A stretch of DNA of 64,000 nt, from positions 256,001 through 320,000 of the forward strand of contig CAVUQH010000003.1 in NCBI GenBank assembly GCA_963743525.1, in the 5' to 3' direction. Within the stretch, counting starts at the first letter, position 1. Every line of letters begins with the position of its first letter. The notes beneath the pieces are model-generated. The model was not told the origin of the DNA, did not search any database, and was given only the letters and a program-made list of their open reading frames with translations. Positions 1 to 16,660 of this stretch are shown one piece after another. The translations under genes and the position numbers were made by a program. This DNA comes from an uncultured delta proteobacterium. GTDB taxonomy: Bacteria; Myxococcota_A; Polyangia; Haliangiales; Haliangiaceae.

Positions 1-743
1 CCGACACCGGCAACGTGGTCGACGAAGCCGACTCCGGCGGCGGCGCCGGCTGGTTCGACCTGGCGCACGACCTGGTCCTGGTCGGCATCGCGCCGCACGC
101 GCGGGTGTACGAGCTCGACGACCAGCACCACTTCGGCCGACCGCACATCATCGATGCCAGGCTGATGGCGGCGGGGCTGCTCGACGCGACGACGCCGGGC
201 GCGCCCGTGGTTTGGGCGCTCGACTCCGAGGCCCACTACAACCGCTTCACCCGGGCGCAGCTGCGCGCCGGGATCGTCGCGGCAGACATCAGCGCCGGCA
301 TCGCGCGGCAGACGTCGATCTCCGGCGATCACCAGGGCCGATTGCTTCGCTGGGGCGGCAACACCGGGACACTCACTGTGTCGGCGCTGCCCGGTCACGG
401 CAAAGGCGTGACCCTGTCGCTGCCCGCGGGCACCCTGGCGCAGCAGGCGATCCTGGCGCCGCGCGGCGGCAGGGTCGCGGCGCTGGCGCAGGGCACGCTG
501 CTGGTCTACGGCCCGGACGGCGACATCGCCTGGTCGCGCGGCATCGGCGCCAACAGCGCGGCCATGAGCTGGTCCGCCGACGGCGAGCTGCTGCTGATCA
601 GCACCACCGGCGGCGGTCTGGTCCTGCACGCCGCCGACGGCGCCGTCGCCGACCAGCGCTGCGGGTTCTGGTACGGCAAGCGCCGCGCGCTGTCGCTGAT
701 GGCGATGCAGCCGGCGCAGGGCCTGCTGGTCTGCGAGCCGTAG
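1..743 (+). CDS. C-terminal part of a beta-propeller (WD40-like) protein, 5'-truncated by the window edge
   Basis: Frame is open from the window start. Repeated beta-strand/turn blades, e.g. AMSWSADGELLLISTTGG and ILAPRGGRVAALAQGTLLVY. Confidence 0.55.
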   Translation, partial: DTGNVVDEADSGGGAGWFDLAHDLVLVGIAPHARVYELDDQHHFGRPHIIDARLMAAGLLDATTPGAPVVWALDSEAHYNRFTRAQLRAGIVAADISAGIARQTSISGDHQGRLLRWGGNTGTLTVSALPGHGKGVTLSLPAGTLAQQAILAPRGGRVAALAQGTLLVYGPDGDIAWSRGIGANSAAMSWSADGELLLISTTGGGLVLHAADGAVADQRCGFWYGKRRALSLMAMQPAQGLLVCEP

Positions 744-755
744 TAGCATCCCGCC

Positions 756-2436
756 ATGCGCGGGATCGTGACGACGATGGTGGTGGTGGCGCTGGCGACC
801 ACTGGATGCAGCAAGTCCAGGGCGCCAAAGCATAGAGCCGGCGCGGCCGACGACTCGCCCGGGGCCGCAGCGTCGGCCGACACCGGTGGCCTGTGGGCGT
901 TGGCGCCGGACGGCGCGACCGGCGGCGTGGTCCTGGGGCCGGGCGTCCCGGCTCGGCTGGCCGATGCGATTCGCGTGGTTCGCGCCGACTACGCCGTGCT
1001 CCCCGGCGCGGCCGAGGCGCTGGCGCGCATGGACGCGCTGTTCGGCAAGGGGTTGCCGATGTCGCCGGTCGACCCGGCCAACTGGGATCGTCTCGGCCTG
1101 GCGCTGGACCAACCGGCGGCGGCGTTCCTGGGCAAGGACGGCGGGGCCCTGCTGGTGCTGCCGATCGCCGATCGCGAGGCGTTCGTCAAAGCGATGGGCG
1201 GCAAGAGCGACGGCAGCGGCGCGGCGCGCGTCGATCGGCTGGGCGACTCGTTGTCGTGCAAGTCGATCACCGGCGGTCGCTACGCCTGCGCCAGCGAGGC
1301 GGCGCTGCTCGACACGGTCGGCAAAGGCGCGGAGCTGATCGCCGCCCAGGCCAAGCGACCGGCGGCGCTGCGCGGCGACGTCGAGCTGCTGTCGACCACG
1401 CCCGGCATCGTCGCGGCGGTCCGTCTCGAGCGCGGCGGCTTCACCGCCCGGGCTCACCTCGAGGTCGACACCGCCATGGTCGTCCTCGTTCGTCGGCAAG
1501 GCCGGACCGCTGTCGTCCGGGCTGAAGGCGGCCAAACCGGCCGGGTTCGTGCGCGTGCGGGTCAACCTCGCCGGTCTGGCGGCATCGGCACCGGACCAAC
1601 CGATGCCGATCGGCGTCTCGCCGCACGCGGCGATCGATGCGCTCAGCGGCGAGGTCGTCGCCCACACCGCCGCGGGCAGCCCGCCCCACGGCGTCATCCA
1701 GGTCGGCCTGTCGAAGCCGGACGTGATCGCGCCGGCGGTGGCCGCGCTGTGCCCGATGCTGCCGGGCCTGATGCCCGGCGCCACCGCCGCGCTCGACGGC
1801 GGCCACTGCCGCGGCACCCTGGCGCCGCCGGCCGGCGACCTGGGCAGCACCACGTTGCGCTTCCTCGGCGGCGTGCCGTTCGACCTGAGCGTCGATGGCA
1901 AGGCGCTGGTGGTCGCGCTCGGCCCGGCGAACGCACCCGCGGTCGCTCCGGCGACCACGGCCGTCGGCGACGAGCTGCGCGACGGCGACTGGGATCTGTC
2001 GTGGTGGGGTGTCGGCATCTTGCCGCCGGCGCTGATGATGGAGGTCGCCCGGTCGATGCCGCCGGATCCGACCATCACCGACATCATGTGGCTGTACATG
2101 CACCTGCGCGCGCTGGGCATGGGCGTCCGCGTGCAGCCCCACGGCATCGACGTGCTGCTGTCGGCCAGCTCGCAGTGGGCCAACCCCGAAGACGTTCGCC
2201 GTGCGCTCGAGCCGCTGTACGCGCAGGCGGTCGCCGGCAAGGAAGTCACCGGCGCGCTCGCCGCCCTGGCCGCCGAGCACCCGGACTCGCCGCTGGGCCG
2301 GTCGGTGCACAACGGCGTCGCCGGACTGGTGCCGATCACCGGCGCCATCGGCATCGTCGCGGCAGTCGCCATCCCCGCGTTCCTCAAATACCGGATGCGC
2401 GCGCGCGCCGCGGCCAGCGGGCAGCCGCCGTTCTAG
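756..2436 (+). CDS. Lipoprotein of unknown function with C-terminal pilin-like hydrophobic helix; frameshift near 1480
   Basis: Lipobox (ALATTGC). Protein-like sequence runs to ~1478 in the 756 frame, then continues in the 1549..2436 frame ending GIVAAVAIPAFLKYRMRAR. Confidence 0.65.
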
Positions 2437-3771
2437 CCCGGGGCGTTGACGGTTTCGCGGTAGATCTCGTCGCCGTTGTCGTCGCGGCAGACGAACGTCA
2501 TCGACGGCGCCGCGCCGCCGGTGATGGTGATCTCGCCGTAGTTGTAGGCGATCGTTCGCGCGACCACCTCGGGCACCAGCGGCGGCAGGGTCTCCGGATC
2601 GGGCAGGCCGCGGGCGACCGGGCCGACCTGCCACTCGATGGCGCCGGCGTCGAGATGGTGGGCGGCGAACCAGTGCTGATCGGCGGTCACGAAGACCACG
2701 CCCGGCACCTGCGGTGCGTCGCCGGCGCCGTAGCCGAGCGCCGACAAGATCTCCTCGCGCTCGGTGGCGAAGACGTTCCAGTGATCTTCGGTGTTGCCGA
2801 AGTCGAGCGGCACGCTGGTGCCGATCAGCTTGAACGTGGCGTTGCTGCGCCTGACGCCGTCGATCAGCCACTGCTTCTGCACCGCGCCGAGCATGGTCTT
2901 GTCGGGCCCGTCCGGATCGCGGTTGGCCGAGCGGTACAGTCGGGTGTCGAGGATGAAGACGTCCAGGTGCCGTCCCCACTGCAGCCCGGCGGTAGCGCGG
3001 ACCGTCGGGATCGCGGCGCAGCGGGAACCAGGCGTCCCACGCCGCGAGTCCGGCGGCGATGCGGTCGGGCTCGCCGGCGCGGAAGTAGGCGTCCCAGTCG
3101 TTGCGCACGTCGTGGTCGTCGTAGATGGCGTAGACCGGCAGCGCCGCCATCAGCCCGCGGGCGCGGTCGTCGGTGCGGGCCAGCCGGTGGCGCTCGTGGT
3201 ACTCGGGCAGCGTCATCGCCCCCGGGGCGTTGTCGGCATACGGCCAGTCGCCCAGCGACAGATAGAAGGCGGCCTCGCTGGCGGCCATGGTCGCCTGGAT
3301 CGGCGAGTCGAACTGCGGGTCGGTGTCGATGTCGGCCGCGAACAGGAAGGTGACGCCGGCGTCGGCGCCGGGGTCCGGCGCCGTGCGCAGCCGCTGCCAG
3401 CCGGTCGACCGGCCGTTGTCGAAGCGGACGTGATAGCGGTAGTCGCGGTCCGGCTCGAGATCGATCAGCTCGATCCAGCCGGTGCCGCCCGCCTCGGCCG
3501 ACAACTCGAACGGCATCGACGCCGCCGCGGTGCCGTCGACGAGATCCTCGATCACCACCGCTGCCCAGCGCGGCTTCTTCGCGTACGCCCAGATCAGCAC
3601 ACCGGTGTCGGTGACCTCGAACGCCGCCGCCACCGCGCTGGCATCGAGCGGCAGCGGATCGACGCCGCCGTCGACATCGGTGAGCAGCCCCGGCTCGTTG
3701 TCGCCGCAGCCCAGCGCGCCCAGCGCCGCCGCCGCGCCGACGAGCTCCAGCCATTCGCGCCGGCTGATCAC
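2433..3771 (-). CDS. phoD: Alkaline phosphatase D family (PhoD-like) Tat lipoprotein; +1 frameshift near 2986
   Basis: Tat signal SRREWL plus LGALGC lipobox; LGDWPYAD and IYDDHDV motifs. Removing one G restores YRRLQWGRHLDVFILDTRLYR, followed by MLGAVQKQWL, DHW and TADQH. Confidence 0.85.
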
Positions 3772-3785
3772 CGCTCTAGCTTACG

Positions 3786-4286
3786 TCACCAGGCGAGGTG
3801 CAGCTGCAGCGAGCCGGTGATGGACAGCACGCTGTCGGTGCCGTCGATGCGCAGGCTGAGCCCGCCGGCGGTGACGATCGCGACCGGGCCGCGCACCCAC
3901 AGGTGGGTCTCGACGCCGCCGCCGGCCACCGGGCGCACGCTGCCCGCCCACGACACGCCGGCGTCGGCATAGAGCGCCAGCTGCAGGCGCGGCCGCGACG
4001 CCGCCGCCTCGTAGACGATGCCTGCGGTGGCCTGGCCGCCCGTGCTCTGCTTCACCGACCGGCCCTCGACCCGCAGACCGAAGCGACCAAAGCTGCCGGC
4101 CGGGTAGAGCTCGGCGAAGCCGGTGGCGCCCCACGCGGGGCCGGTCAGTCCCAGGTAGGTGCCGCCGCCAACGCCGCCGTGGACCTGGCGCACGCGGTCG
4201 GGCGGGTGCTGCTCGGCCACCGCGGCGTGGCCCGCGCAGAGTGCGCACAGCGCCGCCAGCGCCGCCGCTGGTTTGGCTCCGATCAT
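3786..4286 (-). CDS. Small exported beta-strand protein, possible outer-membrane beta-barrel
   Basis: Signal peptide ending AVA-E, alternating amphipathic strands, C-terminal Trp (LQLHLAW). Confidence 0.55.
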   Translation of the reverse strand: MIGAKPAAALAALCALCAGHAAVAEQHPPDRVRQVHGGVGGGTYLGLTGPAWGATGFAELYPAGSFGRFGLRVEGRSVKQSTGGQATAGIVYEAAASRPRLQLALYADAGVSWAGSVRPVAGGGVETHLWVRGPVAIVTAGGLSLRIDGTDSVLSITGSLQLHLAW

Positions 4287-4296
4287 CGCCGTGCGG

Positions 4297-5238
4297 TCAT
4301 TCCGGCTCGCGCTCGCCCAGGTAGCGGACCAGGCTGACGTGCAGCTGGCTCTGGATGAGGCGGAGGATGCTCTCGTACTCGGGGCCGTCCACGGCCAGGC
4401 GCTCGCGCAACAGCTCGCCGGTCTTCTGCACCAGGGCGTCGCGGGCCTTCTCCAGCCAGCGGTAAGCGGTCACCCGGTGAACCCGGTAGATGGTGCCGAT
4501 CTCGTCGATGTTGAGGTTGTCGACGTAGTGGTAGCGCAGCACGCTCTGCTGCCGCGGCGACACCAGACCGAGCGCGTCGAGGAAGGCGGCGCGGAACTCG
4601 GTGCGGTACTTCTCCTTCATGTAGGCGATCTCGGGATCGTCGCCGGCGGCCGACACCCCGACCAGCACCTGCTCGTCCTCGATCAGCACCTCGCGTTTGC
4701 CCTTGCGCATGAAGTTGAGGCACGTGCGCACCGCCACCGAGCGCAACCAGCGGCGCAGCCCGCTGCGACCGGAGAATTCGGCAATCTTCGGCCGCGTCCC
4801 CGGATTGGCCACGAACAGGCGATGGCGCACGAGTTGCTTGACCTCGTCCAGCTGCGAGCTCGACAGGCGCATGCGCGCCAGGGCGCCGGTCAGGTCGGGC
4901 ATGAAGCGGGCGTCGAAGGTGGCGATGGCGCCGGCGTCCCCACGTGCGCAGGCGCACGCCAGATAGAGGTCGCCGGCGCGCAGCTGGCTCAACGTTTCCG
5001 CGGGGTCACGGTCCTCGGCCAGCCGCTCGGCGATGTAGCCGACGTAGACGTCGGCGGGGACGGCCACACCGGGCCACTCGGCCCGGGCGGTAGCGACCAG
5101 CTCGCCGAGGCGCGCCTCCAGGTTCGACACCGCGGTCAGCGCCGAGCGGAGCGCGTCATCTGCGCCGGCGAGGAACGGTTCGACCAGAGACGCCACGGAC
5201 GCCACGGTTACGAAGGTAACCCATCGGCGCCCGGTCAC
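4297..5238 (-). CDS. RNA polymerase sigma-70 ECF-type factor, myxobacterial family
   Basis: [37 protein letters not shown] and region-4 [24 protein letters not shown]. True start may be a downstream GTG. Confidence 0.85.
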   Translation of the reverse strand: MTGRRWVTFVTVASVASLVEPFLAGADDALRSALTAVSNLEARLGELVATARAEWPGVAVPADVYVGYIAERLAEDRDPAETLSQLRAGDLYLACACARGDAGAIATFDARFMPDLTGALARMRLSSSQLDEVKQLVRHRLFVANPGTRPKIAEFSGRSGLRRWLRSVAVRTCLNFMRKGKREVLIEDEQVLVGVSAAGDDPEIAYMKEKYRTEFRAAFLDALGLVSPRQQSVLRYHYVDNLNIDEIGTIYRVHRVTAYRWLEKARDALVQKTGELLRERLAVDGPEYESILRLIQSQLHVSLVRYLGEREPE

Positions 5239-5314
5239 AAAGAGCCGCGCTCATCGACCCCCTCGGCCCGCCCGCATCGGCGTGATACGCTTGAGGGGTT
5301 CCGTCGAGGTAGTG

Positions 5315-6457
<1,143 letters not shown>

Positions 6458-6484
6458 CGCTGCCCCCGTTCCCGTTTCACCCGC

Positions 6485-7759
<1,275 letters not shown>

Positions 7760-7779
7760 GCGGAAGAGGAGAGGCAACG

Positions 7780-8475
7780 ATGGGACTCAAGCCGAGGGCG
7801 CGGCGGGCACCGCGCCTGGATGGGGTCACCCCCGATCGGCCGCTGGTGGTGGCCATGCCCAAGGGCCGCATCATGAAGGAGGCGGCGGCGCTGTTCGCCG
7901 AGGCCGGCTTCGACCTGTCGCCGCTGATGAGCGACTCGCGCAAGCTGGTCCACGACTGCGGGCCGCTGCGCGTGCTGGTGCTGCGCAGCTCCGACGTGCC
8001 GACCTACGTCGAGTACGGCGCCGCCGACGTCGGCGTGGCCGGCCGCGACGTCCTCGACGAGCAGGGCCGCGACCTGTACGAGCCGCTGGATCTGGGCATC
8101 GGCGCCTGCCGCATGGTGGTGGCCGAGCCGTCGGCGCGGCCGGTGGACGAGCGGTCGCAGATGCATGTCCGCATTGCCACCAAGTTCCCCAACATCACCC
8201 GCCGCTACCTGCAGCGCCGGGGTCTGCACGCCGAGGTCATCAAGCTGGGCGGGGCCATCGAGCTGGGGCCGCTGACCGGCCTCGCGGACCGGATCGTCGA
8301 TCTGGTGCAATCGGGCGAAACCCTGCGGCAGAACGGCCTGGTCGAGGTCGATACCATCATGCAGGTCTCGAGCCGTCTGGTCGTCAATCCGGCCAATCTC
8401 AAGCTGCGGCCGGCCGCGCTGTCCGACCTGATCGGCCGCCTGGAGAAGCACGTCCGCCCCGGGCCGAGGTTGTAG
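7780..8475 (+). CDS. hisG: ATP phosphoribosyltransferase, short form
   Basis: [48 protein letters not shown]; no C-terminal regulatory domain. Confidence 0.95.
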   Translation: MGLKPRARRAPRLDGVTPDRPLVVAMPKGRIMKEAAALFAEAGFDLSPLMSDSRKLVHDCGPLRVLVLRSSDVPTYVEYGAADVGVAGRDVLDEQGRDLYEPLDLGIGACRMVVAEPSARPVDERSQMHVRIATKFPNITRRYLQRRGLHAEVIKLGGAIELGPLTGLADRIVDLVQSGETLRQNGLVEVDTIMQVSSRLVVNPANLKLRPAALSDLIGRLEKHVRPGPRL

Positions 8476-8495
8476 TACTCTACGTATTCGACCGG

Positions 8496-9185
8496 ATGCC
8501 CGCCGATCTGAGAGCATTCCTCGCGGAGGATCTTAGGCTTCATCCGCGCGTCGCCTACCAGGGCTTCCTCGGCACCGGGGATGCCGCGCGTATCGTCGAG
8601 GCGTTGGGGCCGATGACGCCGTTTCGCCGCGACTACGCCGGGGCGATTTGCATCGTCGACTGGGACCACCGGCTGCCGTCACAGCTGTTGCCGCTGCGCA
8701 TCTACGCCTACTACACCGGCGGCGCCCTGGCCGCCGGGGAAGAGGCGTACGACGACCGGGTGGAGGAGATCGGCCGCCGGGACCGCTTCCCCGAGTTCGA
8801 CGTCCCCGACTTCGACCAGCTGCCCGCCGACGAGGCGTACGAGGTCGAGCTCGATCCGTCGGGACAGGTCGGCCGCTGCCGCCTGACCAGCGCCTGGCGG
8901 CGCAACATTCTCCACGTCAACGCCGAGAAGGCGGTCGGCATCGCGTCGGCCTCCGAGGAGTACAAGCTCTTGCGCGAACAGACCCCCGACCGCCCCGAGC
9001 GGCTGGGCAGCCTGGAGGCGGTGTCGTGGACCCCGCCGTGCGAATCACAGCACGAGCGCTGGACGCTGGACGTCTGGTATCTGCTGGCGTTCGACGGCCG
9101 CATCGGCACCGGCCGCAGCTTCCTCGTCGACCTCGAGGACAGCGTGGTCGTCACCGCCCGCGACTTCTCCGTCCGCACCGCGTAG
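8496..9185 (+). CDS. Hypothetical protein
   Basis: 229-aa ORF with host-like codon use directly after hisG. Confidence 0.75.
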   Translation: MPADLRAFLAEDLRLHPRVAYQGFLGTGDAARIVEALGPMTPFRRDYAGAICIVDWDHRLPSQLLPLRIYAYYTGGALAAGEEAYDDRVEEIGRRDRFPEFDVPDFDQLPADEAYEVELDPSGQVGRCRLTSAWRRNILHVNAEKAVGIASASEEYKLLREQTPDRPERLGSLEAVSWTPPCESQHERWTLDVWYLLAFDGRIGTGRSFLVDLEDSVVVTARDFSVRTA

Positions 9186-9842
9186 CTAGCGGCGGACCTT
9201 CTTGTGCGCCAGAAACGCTTCCAGGGTATCGGCGCGCAGGGCCGGGTTGGTCTGTAATTCCCAGCCCAGGGTGCTCTGTGGCGTCTCGCCGTAGTCGTGC
9301 CCGGGGTAGAGGCGGGTCTCCTCGGGAAGCGCGGCGATCACCTGCTGCAGGCTGTGGAACATCGCGTCGGGGTCGCTGTTGGGGAACGCCACGCCGCCGC
9401 AGCCGGCGCGGCCGACGTAGAGGACGTCGCCGGTGATCACGGCACCCGGGTCGGGTAGATACCAGCTGATGCAGCCCGGCGTGTGCCCCGGTGTGTACAG
9501 CGCGCGGGCGACGCCGTTGCCGATGGCGACCTCGTCGCCGTCGGCGATCGGCTCGACGCGGGCGGCCTGCTCGCGGGCCTTGTCGAGCTCGTACGGGTGA
9601 CAGCGGACGACTGCGCCGGTCGCCTCGGCGGCTTCGTCGAGACCGGCGACGTGATCGGGATGGGTGTGGGTGAGAAGGATCGTGTCGACCGTCCAGCCGC
9701 GCTCGCGCGCCGCGGCCAGGAGGCGGTCAACTTCGAAGGCTGGATCGACCAGCGCGGCGCGACCGGTCTCGGGGCAGCCGATCACCTCGCAGAAGTTCTG
9801 CAACAGGCCGACCTCGATCTGCAGGATCTCGAGGGTGGACAT
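9186..9842 (-). CDS. Metallo-beta-lactamase-fold hydrolase (glyoxalase II-like)
   Basis: THTHPDH, TPGHTPG, TGDVL and YPGHDYG motifs. Confidence 0.92.
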   Translation of the reverse strand: MSTLEILQIEVGLLQNFCEVIGCPETGRAALVDPAFEVDRLLAAARERGWTVDTILLTHTHPDHVAGLDEAAEATGAVVRCHPYELDKAREQAARVEPIADGDEVAIGNGVARALYTPGHTPGCISWYLPDPGAVITGDVLYVGRAGCGGVAFPNSDPDAMFHSLQQVIAALPEETRLYPGHDYGETPQSTLGWELQTNPALRADTLEAFLAHKKVRR

Positions 9843-9844
9843 GG

Positions 9845-11908
<2,064 letters not shown>

Positions 11909-11958
11909 GGCCGCGTTTTAGCACACGCGGCCCGCGGCGGGAGCGCGGTCGCGACCAG

Positions 11959-13131
11959 CTAACGGCCGGCGAGATAGTCGTCGAGCTGCTCGCGCAGGTG
12001 GGCCGGAACGTCCTCGTAGACGTCTTCCACGAGGGTATTGACGGCGGGCGGGCCGACCGCGTCCTGGCGCGCGATGACCGCGCGAACCTCTTCCTCGACG
12101 GCGGCCAGCTGGGCCGTGTGGCCGGCCTCGTCGAGCCAGCCGCGGCGCTCCATGAAGCGGCGGATGCGCTCGATCGGGTCGCGCTCGCCGCGCCAGACCG
12201 CGGTCACCGACTCGTCGCGGTAGCGCGACGGATCGTCGGAGCTGGTGTGGGCGCTGACGCGGTAGGTGAGCAGCTCGATGAACGTGGGGCCGTCGCCGCG
12301 GCGCGCCTTGTCCAGGGCGTAGGAGCTGACCGCGTGGACGGCGAGCACGTCGTTGCCGTCGGCGCGCAGCGACTCGACGCCGTAGCCGATGCCCTTGAGG
12401 GCGATGGTCTCGGCTGCGGTCTGGATGGTTCCCGGGGTCGAGATGGCCCACTGGTTGTTCTGGCAGATCAGCACCACCGGGGAGCGGAAGACGCCGGCGA
12501 AGTTCATCGCCACGTGGAAGTCCGGCTCGCTGGTGGCGCCGTCGCCCATGTAGCCGACGCAGGCGCGACCGCTGTCGCCCTGGGTCTTCATCGCCATGGC
12601 GATGCCGACGGCGTGGGGAATCTGCGAGGCGACGCACGACGACATGACCACGTAGTTGTGGTCGCGGTCGCTCGGGTGGCACGGCATCTGCCGGCCCTTG
12701 GTGACGTCGCCGGCGTTGCCGAAGATCTGCGCGACGTAGCTGTCGAGGGTCAGGCCGCGGTAGATGCCGGCGCCGGCCTCGCGCAGCGCCGGGACCAGCC
12801 AGTCGGCCGGCTGCATCGCGGCGGCGGAGCCGACCACGCTGGCCTCCTGGCCGCGCGCCTCGCCGTAGAAGCTGGTGCGCCCCTGGCGCTGCAGCGCCAG
12901 CAGGCGCTCGTCCATGACGCGGATGGTGACCATGCCGCGGTAGAGGCGCTCGATCAGCGCGCGGTCGAAGCCGGCGACGTCGGCCGGGTCGCAGCTGCCG
13001 TCCTCGCCGAGGATGCGGAACAGCCCGCGGGCCTTGGCCTCCTCGTCGCCGTCGAAGTAGGCGAACGCCGGCCCGCGCGGCAGCTGCGCCGCAGCCGTTG
13101 GGTCCGCGCTCGCCGGGGTCGCCTCGACCAC
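11959..13131 (-). CDS. 2-oxoacid dehydrogenase E1 alpha subunit (second copy)
   Basis: LQRQGRTSFY, KGRQMPCH, TPP motif GDGATSE...CQNNQWAIS, TYRVSAHTSSDDPSRYR. GTG start inferred. Confidence 0.92.
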   Translation of the reverse strand: MVEATPASADPTAAAQLPRGPAFAYFDGDEEAKARGLFRILGEDGSCDPADVAGFDRALIERLYRGMVTIRVMDERLLALQRQGRTSFYGEARGQEASVVGSAAAMQPADWLVPALREAGAGIYRGLTLDSYVAQIFGNAGDVTKGRQMPCHPSDRDHNYVVMSSCVASQIPHAVGIAMAMKTQGDSGRACVGYMGDGATSEPDFHVAMNFAGVFRSPVVLICQNNQWAISTPGTIQTAAETIALKGIGYGVESLRADGNDVLAVHAVSSYALDKARRGDGPTFIELLTYRVSAHTSSDDPSRYRDESVTAVWRGERDPIERIRRFMERRGWLDEAGHTAQLAAVEEEVRAVIARQDAVGPPAVNTLVEDVYEDVPAHLREQLDDYLAGR

Positions 13132-13133
13132 GG

Positions 13134-14408
<1,275 letters not shown>

Positions 14409-14410
14409 GC

Positions 14411-15385
14411 TTACCACTCCAGGGCCTGCCGGACGCCGTTGAAGACGCGGTCGGCATTGGGCATGTACTCGTGCTCGAGCGAGTACGGGAACGGGGTGTC
14501 GAAGCCGGCGACGCGAACCACCGGCGACTCGAGATGCGCCATCGCGCGCTCGCAGATGGTCGCCACCAGCTCGGCGCCGTAGCCGCAGGTCTTGGGCGCT
14601 TCGTGCACCACCACCGCGCGGCCGGTCTTCTTGACCGAGGCGATCAGGCTGTCCACGTCGAGCGGCACCAGCGTGCGCAGGTCGAGCACCTCGCAGCTGA
14701 TCCCCTGCTCCTCGGCCTTCTTGGCCGCTTCCTCGGCGATCGGCACCATGGCGCCGTACGCGATGATCGTCACCTGCTCGCCCTCGCGGACGACGTTGGC
14801 CTGGCTGAGCGGCACCGTGTAGTCGCCCTCGGGGACGTCGCCGCGCGAGGCGCGGTAGATCCGCTTGGGCTCCATGAACAGCACCGGGTCGTTCTGGCGC
14901 ATGCAGCTGAGCAAGAGGCCCTTGGCGTCGTACGGGTTGGACGGGATGACCACCTTGAGGCCCGGGGTGTGGGCGAACAGCGCCTCGGGCGACTGCGAGT
15001 GGTAGTGACCGCCGCGGATGCCGCCGCCGTACGGCGTGCGGATGACCACCGGGCACGGGTACTGGCCGCCCGAGCGATAGCGGAACTTGGCCAGCTCGTT
15101 CACGATCTGATCGAACGCCGGGAAGATGAAGTCGGCGAACTGGATCTCGGGCACCGGGCGCATGCCGTAGAGGGCCATGCCGATGGCGCTGCCGATGATG
15201 CCGGCCTCGGCCAGCGGCGTGTCGATGACGCGGTCGGGACCGAACTCGTCGTACAGACCGCTGGTGGCGCGAAAGACGCCGCCGAACTTGCCGACGTCCT
15301 CGCCGAGGAGGACGACCTTGGACTCGCGCGCCATCTCGATGCGCAGGGCATCGTTGACCGCCTGGATGATGTTCATCGTGGGCAT
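14411..15385 (-). CDS. bkdB: 2-oxoacid (branched-chain-type) dehydrogenase E1 beta subunit
   Basis: GEDVGKFGGVFRAT, DTPLAE, EIQFADF, GGHYHSQS, HEAPKT. Confidence 0.93.
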   Translation of the reverse strand: MPTMNIIQAVNDALRIEMARESKVVLLGEDVGKFGGVFRATSGLYDEFGPDRVIDTPLAEAGIIGSAIGMALYGMRPVPEIQFADFIFPAFDQIVNELAKFRYRSGGQYPCPVVIRTPYGGGIRGGHYHSQSPEALFAHTPGLKVVIPSNPYDAKGLLLSCMRQNDPVLFMEPKRIYRASRGDVPEGDYTVPLSQANVVREGEQVTIIAYGAMVPIAEEAAKKAEEQGISCEVLDLRTLVPLDVDSLIASVKKTGRAVVVHEAPKTCGYGAELVATICERAMAHLESPVVRVAGFDTPFPYSLEHEYMPNADRVFNGVRQALEW

Positions 15386-15404
15386 CGGGTTCTCCTGCCT
15401 GGTC

Positions 15405-16514
15405 CTAGTGGCTGTGCGGGTTCTTGACGCGGGCCTGCTCGTGCAGCCACGCGCGCTGCTCCACCAGGTTCCACGGCATCTCTTCGTAGACGTCGTCGAA
15501 CATCGAATCGAGCGGCGGCGGCGCCAGCGTGTCGACCTGCGCCAACAGCCGCGTGATCTCGTCGTTGTACTTCTCGGAGATGTCGCTCTCGAGCTTCTCC
15601 GACCACAGGCCGACGCCCTTGAGGTAGCCGCGGAAGCGGTTGACCGGGTCGCGGGCTTCCCACTCGGCCGGCTCGTTGGGATCGCGGTAGACCGACGGAT
15701 CGTCGGAGCTGGAGTGGCCCTGGCGCCGGTAGGTGAGCGCCTCGATCAGCGTCGGGCCCTCGCCGGCGCGGGCGCGGGCGATCGCTTCGCTGGACACCTG
15801 GATGACCGCGAGGATGTCGTTGCCGTCCACGCGGATGCCCGGCATGCCGTAGCCGATCGCCTTGGAGGCAAACGTCTTGGCCGCGGTCTGGCGCTCGCGC
15901 GGCACCGAGATGGCGTAGCCGTTGTTGCGGCAGACGAACACCACCGGGGCCTTGTAGACGCCGGCGAAGTTCATGCCGACGTGGAACTCGCCGGTCGACG
16001 AGGTGCCCTCGCCGAAGTAGGTCATGGCCACGTCGTCGGTGCCGCTGATCTTGGCCGCGTGGGCGGTGCCGACCGCTTGCGGGATCTGGGTGCCGACGGG
16101 CGAGCTGATCGAGACGGTGTTGAGCCAGTTGGCCGAGTGGTGCACCGGCATCTGCCGGCCCTTGACCGGGTCGCGCTCGTTGCCGAACAGCTGGTTGATG
16201 AACTGCTCGAGGGTGTAACCACGCCAGAACCACGAGCCCTGCTCGCGGTAGCTGGGGAACAGCCAATCGGACTGGCGAAGCGGGTAGACGGCGAAGTGTG
16301 AGGCCTCTTCACCAATCGACTTCATGTAGAAGCCGAGGCGGCCCTGCCGCTGCAGTCGCATCATGCGGTCGTCGAGGATCCGCACCTGCATCATGCAGTC
16401 GAACAAGCGGAGGAGATCTTCCTCCGGGATTTCGGGCACTTTGGCACCCTTGATGACGTTGCCTTCGTCGTCCAGGACTCGCCTGAAATCATCCTGCATC
16501 TGCACCGCGACCAT
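15405..16514 (-). CDS. bkdA: 2-oxoacid (branched-chain-type) dehydrogenase E1 alpha subunit
   Basis: QRQGRLGFY, KGRQMPVH, YFGEGTSS...CRNNGYAIS (BCKDH-like), YRRQGHSSSDD. Confidence 0.92.
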   Translation of the reverse strand: MVAVQMQDDFRRVLDDEGNVIKGAKVPEIPEEDLLRLFDCMMQVRILDDRMMRLQRQGRLGFYMKSIGEEASHFAVYPLRQSDWLFPSYREQGSWFWRGYTLEQFINQLFGNERDPVKGRQMPVHHSANWLNTVSISSPVGTQIPQAVGTAHAAKISGTDDVAMTYFGEGTSSTGEFHVGMNFAGVYKAPVVFVCRNNGYAISVPRERQTAAKTFASKAIGYGMPGIRVDGNDILAVIQVSSEAIARARAGEGPTLIEALTYRRQGHSSSDDPSVYRDPNEPAEWEARDPVNRFRGYLKGVGLWSEKLESDISEKYNDEITRLLAQVDTLAPPPLDSMFDDVYEEMPWNLVEQRAWLHEQARVKNPHSH

Positions 16515-16660
16515 GGGCACCTCCGAATCGTGCGGCCTCGGTGTACCGGGGCCGTTCCGAGGTGTCAAGGGTGCGAGACCGCGAGGGATTTTGCTGCACC
16601 GCGTTAGCCCGGGCGGTCGGACCGCGGGGCCGTTTGACCCATCGGGTGACGGAGGTAAGA

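Noticed and set aside
756..3353. 865-aa ORF as a single protein
   Set aside because: Protein-like only to ~1480; the remainder is off-frame and then antisense to phoD.
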